Assembly (NCBI GenBank): GCA_009711765.1
Contig: VEND01000100.1
Location: forward strand, 1,561 to 65,560
DNA length: 64,000 bases
Direction: 5' to 3'
From: Bacillota bacterium
GTDB taxonomy: Bacteria > Bacillota > Clostridia > Tissierellales > MES13
Shown: positions 55,955 to 64,000 of the stretch, piece by piece
How positions within the stretch are numbered: position 1 is the first letter of the stretch
How the letters are laid out: each line of letters opens with the position of its first letter
The notes under the pieces: generated by a model
Database searches by the model: none
What the model was told of the DNA's origin: nothing
What the model saw: the letters and a program-made list of their open reading frames with translations, nothing else
Program-made: the position numbers and the translations under genes

Positions 55955-58495
55955 TTAATTTAATTTTGATAAAATAGTTAATGCTTCAGCCCTTGTTATT
56001 TTATTAAGGGGTCTTATTGTATTATCAGAATAACCACTATATATTCTTTCACTTATAAGCTTTTTTAAATCCTCGGTATACTTACTTTTTTTAATATCTT
56101 TAAATTTATTAAAATCTCTACTACTACCCCTGTATTCCATTTCATAATAATTAGCTATTAAAAATGCTACTTCTTCCCTTGTTATATAGTTTTCATATTT
56201 ACGTGTTAAACCAGACATTAAAAGTTTTCCAAAATTGATTTTAGATAAAACACTTTTAACTTCATAATAAGCCCAATCATCCTTATAAAGATTTATGTCA
56301 TATGTATTTTTAATCTCAAAGTCTTCATCTATAGATACCCTTGCTAAAAATGCTATAAATTCCTTTACTGTTATAAAATCATTAGGTTTAAATGTATTAT
56401 TTTCATACCCATTTGTTATTCCCTTTTTAGCCATATCCATAATATACTCTCTAGCCCAATGGTTTCTAATATCATAAAACTCATCTTTTTTTTCTATAAA
56501 TTGTGCATGTTTTATAGAATGAACTATTTTTTCTTCTGTTTCTAAGTTATATATTTCAAACTCATATATATCTTCATCTTCATCAAAATCAATTTCATCA
56601 TCAATAGAGTATAATCGATCCTTATATTTTATAACGATAAAGTCAGTATTTATATCCCTTTTTTCTTTCTTTTTTTTAGGAATAAATTCTAAATAATCAC
56701 TAAACTCTATACTATCTTCATTAGTAAAGTAAGGTAAATTATTTTTAATTTCATCAATATCCGTTTCTATATCAAAATCTTTAGCTGATATTACATATAT
56801 ATATCTTGTTTCTTCCTCTTGTTCATTATAAACTTCTGTCTCTGAAATACCTTCTTTTTCAACTATAATTCTATTAGTATCAGAATCTATTTTAAAATCA
56901 CTATCTACAAATTTAGTATCTTCTTTATCATATCTTTTGTCAAATTCATCTTCAAAATAATCATCAAATTCATCAAATATTTCTATTTCTTTATTTAAAT
57001 CTGAAAAAACTACATTTTCCATATCAAGCTCATCTATATCTTTAAAACCTTTAGTTCTCTCATCATCAATTTTATCTTCTATTCTATTAGTTAAATCCCC
57101 CTCATAAAGCTTATTATCTTCATCAACACTTACCCTAGTTGTTGTTTCATTACCAAATAAATCTTTTACTTTTATCTCAACTTCTGATGGGATTTCATCT
57201 AAGTCTATATCATCATGACTAGACCTATCAAAGCCTTCATCGTTTATATTATAATAGTAATACTTTATTCCATAATTATCATAGGCATCTATAAATAATT
57301 CCTCATCTATAACATAAACTCTTTCTATTTCTGGTCTTTTAGTATCTTCAATAGTAAAATCATCTTCATCGGTTACTAAAGTATCTTTAGTTTCAGCATT
57401 TATTATATCCACCTTATAAAAACATTCTGTTTCCTCAGTTATTTTAGGAAGAGTAATATAATCATCATTTGTTATTTTGTCCTTTATAAAATATATATTA
57501 TTGGTTTTATCCTCTATACTCACTTTATAGTTATAAAACTTATTTAATTTAGGTAATTTTAATCTATATCTTCCTCTTTCTAGCTTTACTTCCACTTCTT
57601 TTATTTTTTCATCAATATCGATATTTTCAAACCCACCATATACAGCAAATTCCACATCTATTAAAAGCTCATCTAATTTTTTTGCAAAACCTCTCTTACT
57701 AAAATAATCCTCAATTTTATTAACCTTTACTCTAACTAAATCCCTTAAATCTCTAGTCTCTTTTAATAATCTTTCCCCTCTACTATTATCATATAAGTCA
57801 TCATGTTTTAAGCTATATTCTACTGAATCAATCTTTTGTTTTACATAGTCTATAAATAAATCATCTAGTTCTTCGTCTCTATCTTCTTTATCATCTTTAT
57901 CCTGGATATCATCAGTAAGATTTCTTAAAACTTTAATCTCTTCTAAGTAAAAATCATCATCTACATACTGACTATCATTTAAATTTCTTAATTTAGTTTC
58001 TAAAATATTTATTGCTCTTTTAATGTAGTAATTAAGAATATTATAATTTTCATTATTTAAAGAACTTTTTACACTACTATTTCTTATATCATCAACAAAA
58101 TCATCTATTTCATCGATTTCATCTAAAATCCCGATACTTTTTAAACCTCCATATTTATTTACATTTCTAATAAAACTTTCTAACATATTTATCTTTGATT
58201 TTATATAATCATTATAAATTTTTTCTATCCTTTCAGACATATCTTCTTTTTTATTATCATCTTTAATATCATTAACCGTATACCTTAAATTATTGATTTC
58301 ATTTTTTACATAGCTATCATTAGTCCCATTTGATATTTTATTTTCTAAATCATTTATCTTTTTAGTTATACTTTCAATTAATTCTTGATCCTTTGTAGTT
58401 TCTACATTTTCTGTAACCTCATCACCTTGAGCAAAAGATGCAAAGGATGGAACTATTAAGCTTATTATAAGTAAAAATATAATTTTTCTTTTCAA
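55955..58495 (-). CDS. S-layer-homology (SLH) domain cell-wall protein, acidic
   Basis: 846 aa with a signal peptide and a D/E-rich body. The C-terminus has SLH repeats (FYDIRNHWAREYIMDMAKKGITNGYENNTFKPNDFITVKEF; ...YSGYSDNTIRPLNKITRAEAL). TTG start with AAGGAG upstream. Confidence 0.85.
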   Translation of the reverse strand: MKRKIIFLLIISLIVPSFASFAQGDEVTENVETTKDQELIESITKKINDLENKISNGTNDSYVKNEINNLRYTVNDIKDDNKKEDMSERIEKIYNDYIKSKINMLESFIRNVNKYGGLKSIGILDEIDEIDDFVDDIRNSSVKSSLNNENYNILNYYIKRAINILETKLRNLNDSQYVDDDFYLEEIKVLRNLTDDIQDKDDKEDRDEELDDLFIDYVKQKIDSVEYSLKHDDLYDNSRGERLLKETRDLRDLVRVKVNKIEDYFSKRGFAKKLDELLIDVEFAVYGGFENIDIDEKIKEVEVKLERGRYRLKLPKLNKFYNYKVSIEDKTNNIYFIKDKITNDDYITLPKITEETECFYKVDIINAETKDTLVTDEDDFTIEDTKRPEIERVYVIDEELFIDAYDNYGIKYYYYNINDEGFDRSSHDDIDLDEIPSEVEIKVKDLFGNETTTRVSVDEDNKLYEGDLTNRIEDKIDDERTKGFKDIDELDMENVVFSDLNKEIEIFDEFDDYFEDEFDKRYDKEDTKFVDSDFKIDSDTNRIIVEKEGISETEVYNEQEEETRYIYVISAKDFDIETDIDEIKNNLPYFTNEDSIEFSDYLEFIPKKKKEKRDINTDFIVIKYKDRLYSIDDEIDFDEDEDIYEFEIYNLETEEKIVHSIKHAQFIEKKDEFYDIRNHWAREYIMDMAKKGITNGYENNTFKPNDFITVKEFIAFLARVSIDEDFEIKNTYDINLYKDDWAYYEVKSVLSKINFGKLLMSGLTRKYENYITREEVAFLIANYYEMEYRGSSRDFNKFKDIKKSKYTEDLKKLISERIYSGYSDNTIRPLNKITRAEALTILSKLN

Positions 58496-58668
58496 TTTTA
58501 TCGCTCCTTATATGAATTGTATTTTTAATTCTTTCTTCATTTAAATAAATAGTATTTACGTCTTTGATAGTACCATATTTTCTTTGCATGATTTGTAAAA
58601 AAATGTCGAATCTTAAGTTTAAATATAAATCCCTGTATGAAAAAAACACCCAAAATTAATTGGATGTT

Positions 58669-59439
58669 TTAATTAAGTTTATTCTTTTCTTTTAAAAGAT
58701 TTTTTAAATCCTTAATAGCTATTGCAAATCCTAATCTTTCATCTATACCTTTAATATATCCAGTAGCAAAAACAATTCCTATAACTTTTCTTTCATTATT
58801 TAAAACAGGGCTACCACTACTTCCCTTATGAATAGGGCCTTTTAATATTAAAATTTCATTTTGCATCCCTTTATAATTAACTTTTTTTAGTAACTTAGCT
58901 TTATTAACAACCTTTTCATATCCTAAGGGATTTCCAATTATTAAAACTTCCATATTTCTTTTAAAGTCAGTACTATCTCCTAACTTTAAATATGAAAGAT
59001 TATTAGCATCTATATCTATTAAAGCTAAATCCACTCTCTTGTCTATAAAATAATCATTAACAGTGAATTTTTTACCGTTTAAAAAATTAATATTAATATA
59101 CTCAGCATCCTTAATGACATGTTTATTAGTTACTATAAGTCCATCTTTTCTAATATTAAATCCAGTTCCCATTTTTTTATCATGTTTTATTTCTACGACA
59201 GATTCTTTTAACTTTTTTATATTAGGATCTTTAGATAAGTTATGGGATTCTTTTAAAAAATTTAAAGAAGGAAGATTTAAAGATTGAATTAAAGGCCTAA
59301 AAAGAAAAAGAGTAAAAGTAATTATAACTATAATAGCTGTAATTCTTATCTTTCTTTTTCTTTTATATAACTCCTGTTCTAAATCAGTATCAATTTCAGT
59401 TAGATTTTCATTTATTTCTTTTATTTCATTATCATCCAT
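58669..59439 (-). CDS. membrane-anchored trypsin-like (S1) serine protease
   Basis: Catalytic triad contexts are TNKHVI (His), DLALIDI (Asp) and GSSGSPV (Ser), with one N-terminal TM. The ATG at 59439 is preferred over the TTG at 59469. Confidence 0.85.
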   Translation of the reverse strand: MDDNEIKEINENLTEIDTDLEQELYKRKRKIRITAIIVIITFTLFLFRPLIQSLNLPSLNFLKESHNLSKDPNIKKLKESVVEIKHDKKMGTGFNIRKDGLIVTNKHVIKDAEYININFLNGKKFTVNDYFIDKRVDLALIDIDANNLSYLKLGDSTDFKRNMEVLIIGNPLGYEKVVNKAKLLKKVNYKGMQNEILILKGPIHKGSSGSPVLNNERKVIGIVFATGYIKGIDERLGFAIAIKDLKNLLKEKNKLN

Positions 59440-59703
59440 ACCTATCCCCTCTTTATTTAATTGTCTCAAATTAACTCTAAATAATCAATAAATTTGTTAT
59501 CCACAAAGGCTAAATTAAAACTTTAAATTATCAACATATTTATTAACAAATTAACCACTAATTTTTTTATATAATTTAAATAGGTTAAAACAATTACTGC
59601 TTTAACCTAAATATAATTTTAAAAATTACTCTATTTTGTTATAATCACATTTTCACTACTTACTTCTTCCCCTTTTATCTTAGTTTAATAAAAAAATATA
59701 TCC

Positions 59704-60192
59704 TTAAAATAATTTATTTAAATATAAATCCGTAGGCTCTTCAAAATAAACTGGATTATTATTAGAATCTAAATAATGATAATCGTAATGTTGCTTTTTT
59801 ATAAACTTATTAAAGCCCCATGAATTATACATCCCCTTTAGTTTCTGATAATTATCATTATCAACACCTATTGTAACTTCAGAAAATCCCTTCTTTTTTA
59901 TTCTATCTAAAACAGATTTCATTAATTTACTTGCTAGACCACATCCTCTAAAATTTTCTTCAATTCTAAAAGCACATAAATAAGCCCGATTAACTCCATC
60001 GGCCTCATCAGAATCTTCAGAATTCCAAAAGATATATAATTCTCCTATGAGCCTATTTTCCTCTTTATTTTCAATAGCCCAAAATTCAATATTCCCAGTT
60101 TTTATACCATCAACAAAATAATTATAGGTTGGAGAATCACTATATTCCCAAAGTTTTTTCATTTCTTCTACTGAAGCTATACGTATGTCCAT
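59704..60192 (-). CDS. GNAT-family N-acetyltransferase
   Basis: 162 aa with acetyl-CoA motif FRGCGLASKLM. Confidence 0.85.
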   Translation of the reverse strand: MDIRIASVEEMKKLWEYSDSPTYNYFVDGIKTGNIEFWAIENKEENRLIGELYIFWNSEDSDEADGVNRAYLCAFRIEENFRGCGLASKLMKSVLDRIKKKGFSEVTIGVDNDNYQKLKGMYNSWGFNKFIKKQHYDYHYLDSNNNPVYFEEPTDLYLNKLF

Positions 60193-60461
60193 AAAATCAC
60201 CCCTTATATTATTTAGGTTTTGTCAAAAGTTTTTGCTAAAAATATTAACAAAACCCCTATTTTTACATATTTATATATAAAATACTTGATAAAAATAGTG
60301 CTTACATTTCCCTCTTATAGAAGTTGGGAGACTTACGCACTAATGGTTAAAATCCCTTGATTACCTATTAATTCTTTATATGTAGTGCCCTCCATTTTAA
60401 AAATTATCATTAAAAATAAAATAGTAATAATATTACAAACAGTACATATTACAGACCACCA

Positions 60462-60572
60462 TTAACTTAATTTATCTAATGATTGATTAGTAACTACCGC
60501 AATTACCACTCCAACTATGATAAATATAACACTTCTAAATAACGGTAATATAAAAGGTCCCATTTTTTTCAT
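60462..60572 (-). CDS. unannotated 36-aa hydrophobic small ORF
   Basis: MKKMGPFILPLFRSVIFIIVGVVIAVVTNQSLDKLS is a single TM. GGGGGA lies 5 nt upstream. The start overlaps (ATGA) the stop of a 12-codon mini-ORF. Confidence 0.3.
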   Translation of the reverse strand: MKKMGPFILPLFRSVIFIIVGVVIAVVTNQSLDKLS

Positions 60573-60787
60573 CCTGTTCCCCCTACAATTAAGGTATGAA
60601 ATTTCATATTTGCTCCTTTATTTTCACTTTTTTATAAACCATAAACCTTAAAAAATCCCTATTAATAAATGGACTACCTATTTATTATACCATATTATGT
60701 AATTATTGGTATGTGTTTAAGTTTTACTGTGTTAGAATTTATCTCTTACGCTAGTATTATTATAAAGGGGATATTATTTTTTACATA

Positions 60788-60821
60788 ATAAAAATCCATA
60801 TAAGCATACACCTATATGGAT
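60788..60821 (-). terminator. terminator of the blaI-blaR1-like operon
   Basis: ATCCATATA...TATATGGAT hairpin (60794-60821) followed by TTTT on the minus strand. Confidence 0.65.
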
Positions 60822-60850
60822 CATACCAGTGATAATAATATAATTGTTTA

Positions 60851-62206
60851 TTATTTATATCCTTTAAATATCTTTTTTAAATATTGACTATTAGTTTTCA
60901 TTGCCTTTTTATAAATTGTAACACCATCTGACGTTTTAACATGGGGATTCGCCCCTGCCTTTAAAAGTATTTTAGCCATATCACAATTATTCATAACAAA
61001 GACCTCTTCTAATGGATACCTTCCCTCTGAATTTTTCTTATTTATATCTACACTTTTACTTTTTATTATTTGATTTACTAAATCTATATCATTTACAATT
61101 ACTGCTTTATTTAACTTATCTATAGTATATTCCTTACTATTTTCCCCTTGGTTTGTAATATTAGCATTACCATTTAATCGATTTTTTTCAGTACTTGGAT
61201 TTGTTAAAAATATAGCTGCTAATAATATAAAAACACTAATTGAAAGTATTGATAGCTTATGCTTATTTTTATTAAATAATTTAATCATACTTATCCTCCT
61301 TTTTAATTGAGACTTATATCCAACTCCAGCTATGCCTGTAGGTCTTAATAAATATTTTGAATTCTCCACAAGTTTTACAATGGTAAATCCATAATTTTTA
61401 TAATCTTTACTCTTAACATAGGAAAGTGCCATCTCATCACAAGCAATCTCACAATCTTCTCGCATTTTATAAAACCCATACCATATAATTGGATTAAACC
61501 AATGTATTGTTTGTAAAATACTTAATAAATTAAATATAATAATATCCTTTCTTTTAAAGTGACTAAGCTCATGGAGTATTACATATTTTAATTCATTTTT
61601 ATTAAGTAATTTATTTATACCTTTAGGTAATAATATACATGGTTTAAATACACCATATAAAATAGGAGCTTTTAAAAAATCTGTGTTATATATTGAGATA
61701 TTTCCTTTTATATTCATAGTTTTTTTACATTCATTGAAAATTTTTATTATATCTTCATCTGGCAAGGAATAATTATTTTTAATATTTGATGATAGTTTTA
61801 TATTAGATTTTACTAATTTAAAGCTAAATATAGTAAAACCTATAGCCCAAATCATAAAAAAATATAAATTCTTATCATCCTTAGTCTTTTCTTTAGTATA
61901 ATTATTATTTTTATTTGCAAATTCATAATCTTTTGTAAATAGGTAAGTATTATCTTTATTTTCTTTTACTTCTTCTATAAAAGATGTGGTTTTATTAATA
62001 TGAAAAATATTAAAAATACTTATTTCACTTTTAGGAGAAAAGGGACTCATTAATTTTATTATAATTAAAAACCATATATAATAATGCCACTTAGCTCCTT
62101 GTCTTTCTTTAAATATAAATTTAATTAAAAATATAAAAAATATAATAAAACTTCCCTTTAAAGTTGCATCTAAAAGCCATTTTAAAAACATATCATAACC
62201 TATCAT
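60851..62206 (-). CDS. BlaR1/MecR1-type M56 peptidase signal transducer with C-terminal ankyrin repeats
   Basis: 451 aa with TM helices and the zinc motif HELSHFKRKD. The extracytoplasmic C-terminus has ankyrin-like repeats (GRYPLEEVFVMNNCDMAKILLKAGANPHVKTSDG) instead of a penicillin-binding domain. Confidence 0.8.
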   Translation of the reverse strand: MIGYDMFLKWLLDATLKGSFIIFFIFLIKFIFKERQGAKWHYYIWFLIIIKLMSPFSPKSEISIFNIFHINKTTSFIEEVKENKDNTYLFTKDYEFANKNNNYTKEKTKDDKNLYFFMIWAIGFTIFSFKLVKSNIKLSSNIKNNYSLPDEDIIKIFNECKKTMNIKGNISIYNTDFLKAPILYGVFKPCILLPKGINKLLNKNELKYVILHELSHFKRKDIIIFNLLSILQTIHWFNPIIWYGFYKMREDCEIACDEMALSYVKSKDYKNYGFTIVKLVENSKYLLRPTGIAGVGYKSQLKRRISMIKLFNKNKHKLSILSISVFILLAAIFLTNPSTEKNRLNGNANITNQGENSKEYTIDKLNKAVIVNDIDLVNQIIKSKSVDINKKNSEGRYPLEEVFVMNNCDMAKILLKAGANPHVKTSDGVTIYKKAMKTNSQYLKKIFKGYK

Positions 62207-62220
62207 AAGCTATCCCTCTT

Positions 62221-62595
62221 TTAATCATTTTTCTCATTAAGGATACTTTTTAGCTCCTCTATATCTTCTTTAGATAAATCTTCTATTTCTATAAACTTAG
62301 CAAACATAGCCTTTAATCCGCCATCGTATACCTTTTTTAAAAAGCTCTTACTTTTTGATTCTAAAAATTTTTCTTTATCCATTAATGGATAGTAATAATA
62401 TATTCTATTGTTATTATCATAGCTTATAACCTTTTTCTTTACTAATCTTCTTATAAGGGTTTTTATAGTAGTAGGTTTCCAATCTGTGGTTTTCGATAGT
62501 TTATCAATGATTTTACTAGATGTAAGGGGAGATTTTTCCCAAAGTATTTTCATAACTTCTAATTCTGAATCAGATATCTGTGGTAATCTATTCAA
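62221..62595 (-). CDS. BlaI/MecI/CopY-family transcriptional repressor
   Basis: 124 aa. The N-terminus ISDSELEVMKILWEKSPLTSSKIIDKL...WKPTTIKTLIRRLVKK is typical of the family. TTG start with AGGAGGTG upstream. Confidence 0.85.
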   Translation of the reverse strand: MNRLPQISDSELEVMKILWEKSPLTSSKIIDKLSKTTDWKPTTIKTLIRRLVKKKVISYDNNNRIYYYYPLMDKEKFLESKSKSFLKKVYDGGLKAMFAKFIEIEDLSKEDIEELKSILNEKND

Positions 62596-62612
62596 AGTAT
62601 CACCTCCTAGTA

Positions 62613-62663
62613 ACTACATCTGTAGTCTATTTATAGTTTACACTTGTAGTTTGGAAATGTCAA
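62613..62663 (-). promoter_or_regulatory. promoter with two TACA/TGTA dyads (BlaI-type operators)
   Basis: Minus strand reads TTGACA (62658-62663), a 17-nt spacer, then TAAACT (62635-62640). Dyad TACAAGTGTA (62639-62648) overlaps the -10 box and the spacer, and dyad ACTACAGATGTAGT (62613-62626) lies between the -10 box and the RBS. Confidence 0.55.
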
Positions 62664-62734
62664 TACATATTTGTTATTTTTTTCTATTTTTTTAATTTAA
62701 AAAGCCTCCCTTATAGGAAGCCTTATTCCTTAAT

Positions 62735-63160
62735 TTATTTTCTTACATTTTCTATATTCCCTACAGGTAACCAATCATCCATATTTCCATAATCACTTTT
62801 ATCTATTTTAAAGGGCTCTATAACTTTTATATTATCTACTTCTATTAAAACTAAATATCTCTTACCTGCCCACCTTTTAAACTGTTTATCACTTAAATTT
62901 AACTTATCACTATTTTCTTTTACTAACTTAATAGACTCATCTTTTGTCATCTTTTCAGAATTATATACATATTTTACATTACCCTTTGCTTTAATCTTTC
63001 CTTCACCATTATTGTTTATAAAATATAATTCATCTTTAACATTTACCCTTCCAAATGGTAGTTTTCTTCCTGCTGCTCCTCTAATTATCAGAGTCTTCGT
63101 TCCCTTAACTAATTTCTCATATTCCTTTGCTTTAGCATCTAAATAAACTACATGATCCAT
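62735..63160 (-). CDS. ASCH-domain-like small protein
   Basis: 141 aa. The N-terminal pattern (YLDAKAKEYEKLVKGTKTLIIRGAAGRK) resembles the ASCH/PUA-like fold. Weak assignment. Confidence 0.4.
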   Translation of the reverse strand: MDHVVYLDAKAKEYEKLVKGTKTLIIRGAAGRKLPFGRVNVKDELYFINNNGEGKIKAKGNVKYVYNSEKMTKDESIKLVKENSDKLNLSDKQFKRWAGKRYLVLIEVDNIKVIEPFKIDKSDYGNMDDWLPVGNIENVRK

Positions 63161-63493
63161 AAAATAACCTCCTATTAAATGTAATATTCCTCTTAACTAA
63201 ACAAGTAACTATAAACTTAACAAATCTTAATAATAACTCCTCTTTTTATTTTTAAAATAAGTTATGCATTTTATATTCTTGCTTTTCTATTAATATCCTT
63301 TATTTTTACCATAATTTTGTAATATTATAATAAATGAACAAATATTCTGATGTCTCTCACATAAATTTTTAAGTGATACAACCCCTTTAAACCATACATT
63401 ATTTCATAAAAATAAAGGACAGTAAGGCTTACATATAGCCTTTTACTGTCCTTTATTTTTATCATTTTATTTACCTTTGTTAAAATATATTAT

Positions 63494-64000
63494 TTATGCT
63501 TCTTCCTTACTCATATTTACTAAAGCATCAATAGCTATATCAATAGTTTTTGTTTCTGCTTTCCAGTAAAGCTCATCTTTTTGTTTAAGGGTAAGTTGTT
63601 TTTTCTTTATAATATTTGAATCAGTCCCTACAATAGCACCAACCCTTAAGTTTCTTTTAGAACCTACAATAAATACTGTAGAACATTCCATCTCTGATAC
63701 AACTACATCTGTATTTAATAAGATATTATTCAACTCTTCATTTTGCATATAATATGCATCCCTTGTATAACTTCCTCCAATATAATATTTCTCATCCTTT
63801 AAATAATTACCTGCTGCATTCATTAAAGCCATTGTTACATCCATATTAGCAACTGCAGGATAAATTTCAGGTAAATATTCATGGGAAGTACCATCTCCTC
63901 TGACTGCTGAATTAACTAAAACTACACTACCTACAGGTATATCTTCACCTCTTCCTCCAGCTGAACCTACTCTTATAAATGTATGTGCTCCAACCTTTGC
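63494..64000 (-). CDS. PNP/UDP-family nucleoside phosphorylase, C-terminal part; gene continues beyond the right edge
   Basis: The reading frame stays open upstream of the ORF-track Met to the window edge (AKVGAHTFIRVGSAGGRGEDIPVGSVVLVNSAVRGDGTSHEYLP...). The family motif SEMECSTVFIVG is present. Confidence 0.8.
   Translation of the reverse strand, partial: AKVGAHTFIRVGSAGGRGEDIPVGSVVLVNSAVRGDGTSHEYLPEIYPAVANMDVTMALMNAAGNYLKDEKYYIGGSYTRDAYYMQNEELNNILLNTDVVVSEMECSTVFIVGSKRNLRVGAIVGTDSNIIKKKQLTLKQKDELYWKAETKTIDIAIDALVNMSKEEA

Noticed and set aside
58422-58649. 75-aa minus-strand ORF overlapping the start of the SLH protein gene
   Set aside because: It has no RBS and overlaps the promoter and 5' end of a well-supported gene, and its composition is typical of a non-coding AT-rich leader.
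59497-59536. Perfect DnaA box TTATCCACA (59497-59505) plus near-match TTATCAACA (59528-59536); possible replication origin or DnaA-box cluster
   Set aside because: About one perfect 9-mer is expected by chance in 64 kb on both strands. There is no dnaA or dnaN nearby, no AT-rich unwinding repeats beyond the background composition, and no gene-orientation switch. Evidence is insufficient.
60193-60461. Long 5' region of the GNAT gene inspected for a riboswitch or T-box; long-range complementarity GCACTA/TAGTGC and GGAG/CTCC was noted
   Set aside because: I found no conserved core of any riboswitch class I know (no T-box sequence, no purine, SAM, FMN, TPP, glycine or guanidine signatures). The complementarity is short. 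A covariance-model scan is needed before any claim.

Overview
Strongly AT-rich, low-GC Firmicutes (Clostridia-like) chromosomal segment. It carries about 50 protein genes, almost all on the minus strand. I saw no rRNA, tRNA, CRISPR array, transposase or integrase. Gene content from left to right: XRE regulator fragment; LysM 5'-nucleotidase; MarR plus a polar amino-acid ABC transporter; APC permease plus M24 Xaa-Pro peptidase; HD-GYP c-di-GMP phosphodiesterase; an MCP; a sigma-54 unit (SBP-domain sensor kinase, NtrC-type activator, -24/-12 promoter) in front of nhaC-ortA-ortB; ECF sigma/anti-sigma; exonuclease III; an MCP behind a c-di-GMP-I riboswitch; transketolase; sortase, an 8-repeat LPXTG adhesin and a transglutaminase-like protein behind a tandem c-di-GMP-I riboswitch; a second riboswitch-controlled MCP; small accessory genes; a tightly coupled six-gene operon; MCP plus PAS-GGDEF-EAL; a heptad-repeat protein; RseC; an SLH wall protein; an S1 protease; GNAT; BlaI/BlaR1(ankyrin); ASCH; nucleoside phosphorylase fragment. 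Best candidate for an undescribed system: the first four genes of the 39585-49475 operon. They encode a Toprim (JetD/MksG-like) protein, a kleisin-sized protein, a KITE-sized protein and a 1476-aa SMC/ABC ATPase. That is a Wadjet/Mks-like DNA-sensing module, but with permuted gene order, non-canonical ATPase motifs and two extra co-transcribed genes (VanZ and a 588-aa orphan). Second theme: four GEMM-I (c-di-GMP-I) aptamers, supported by helix covariation across copies, together with HD-GYP and GGDEF-EAL enzymes and four MCPs. All calls come from reading motifs by eye. No database search or folding computation was run.
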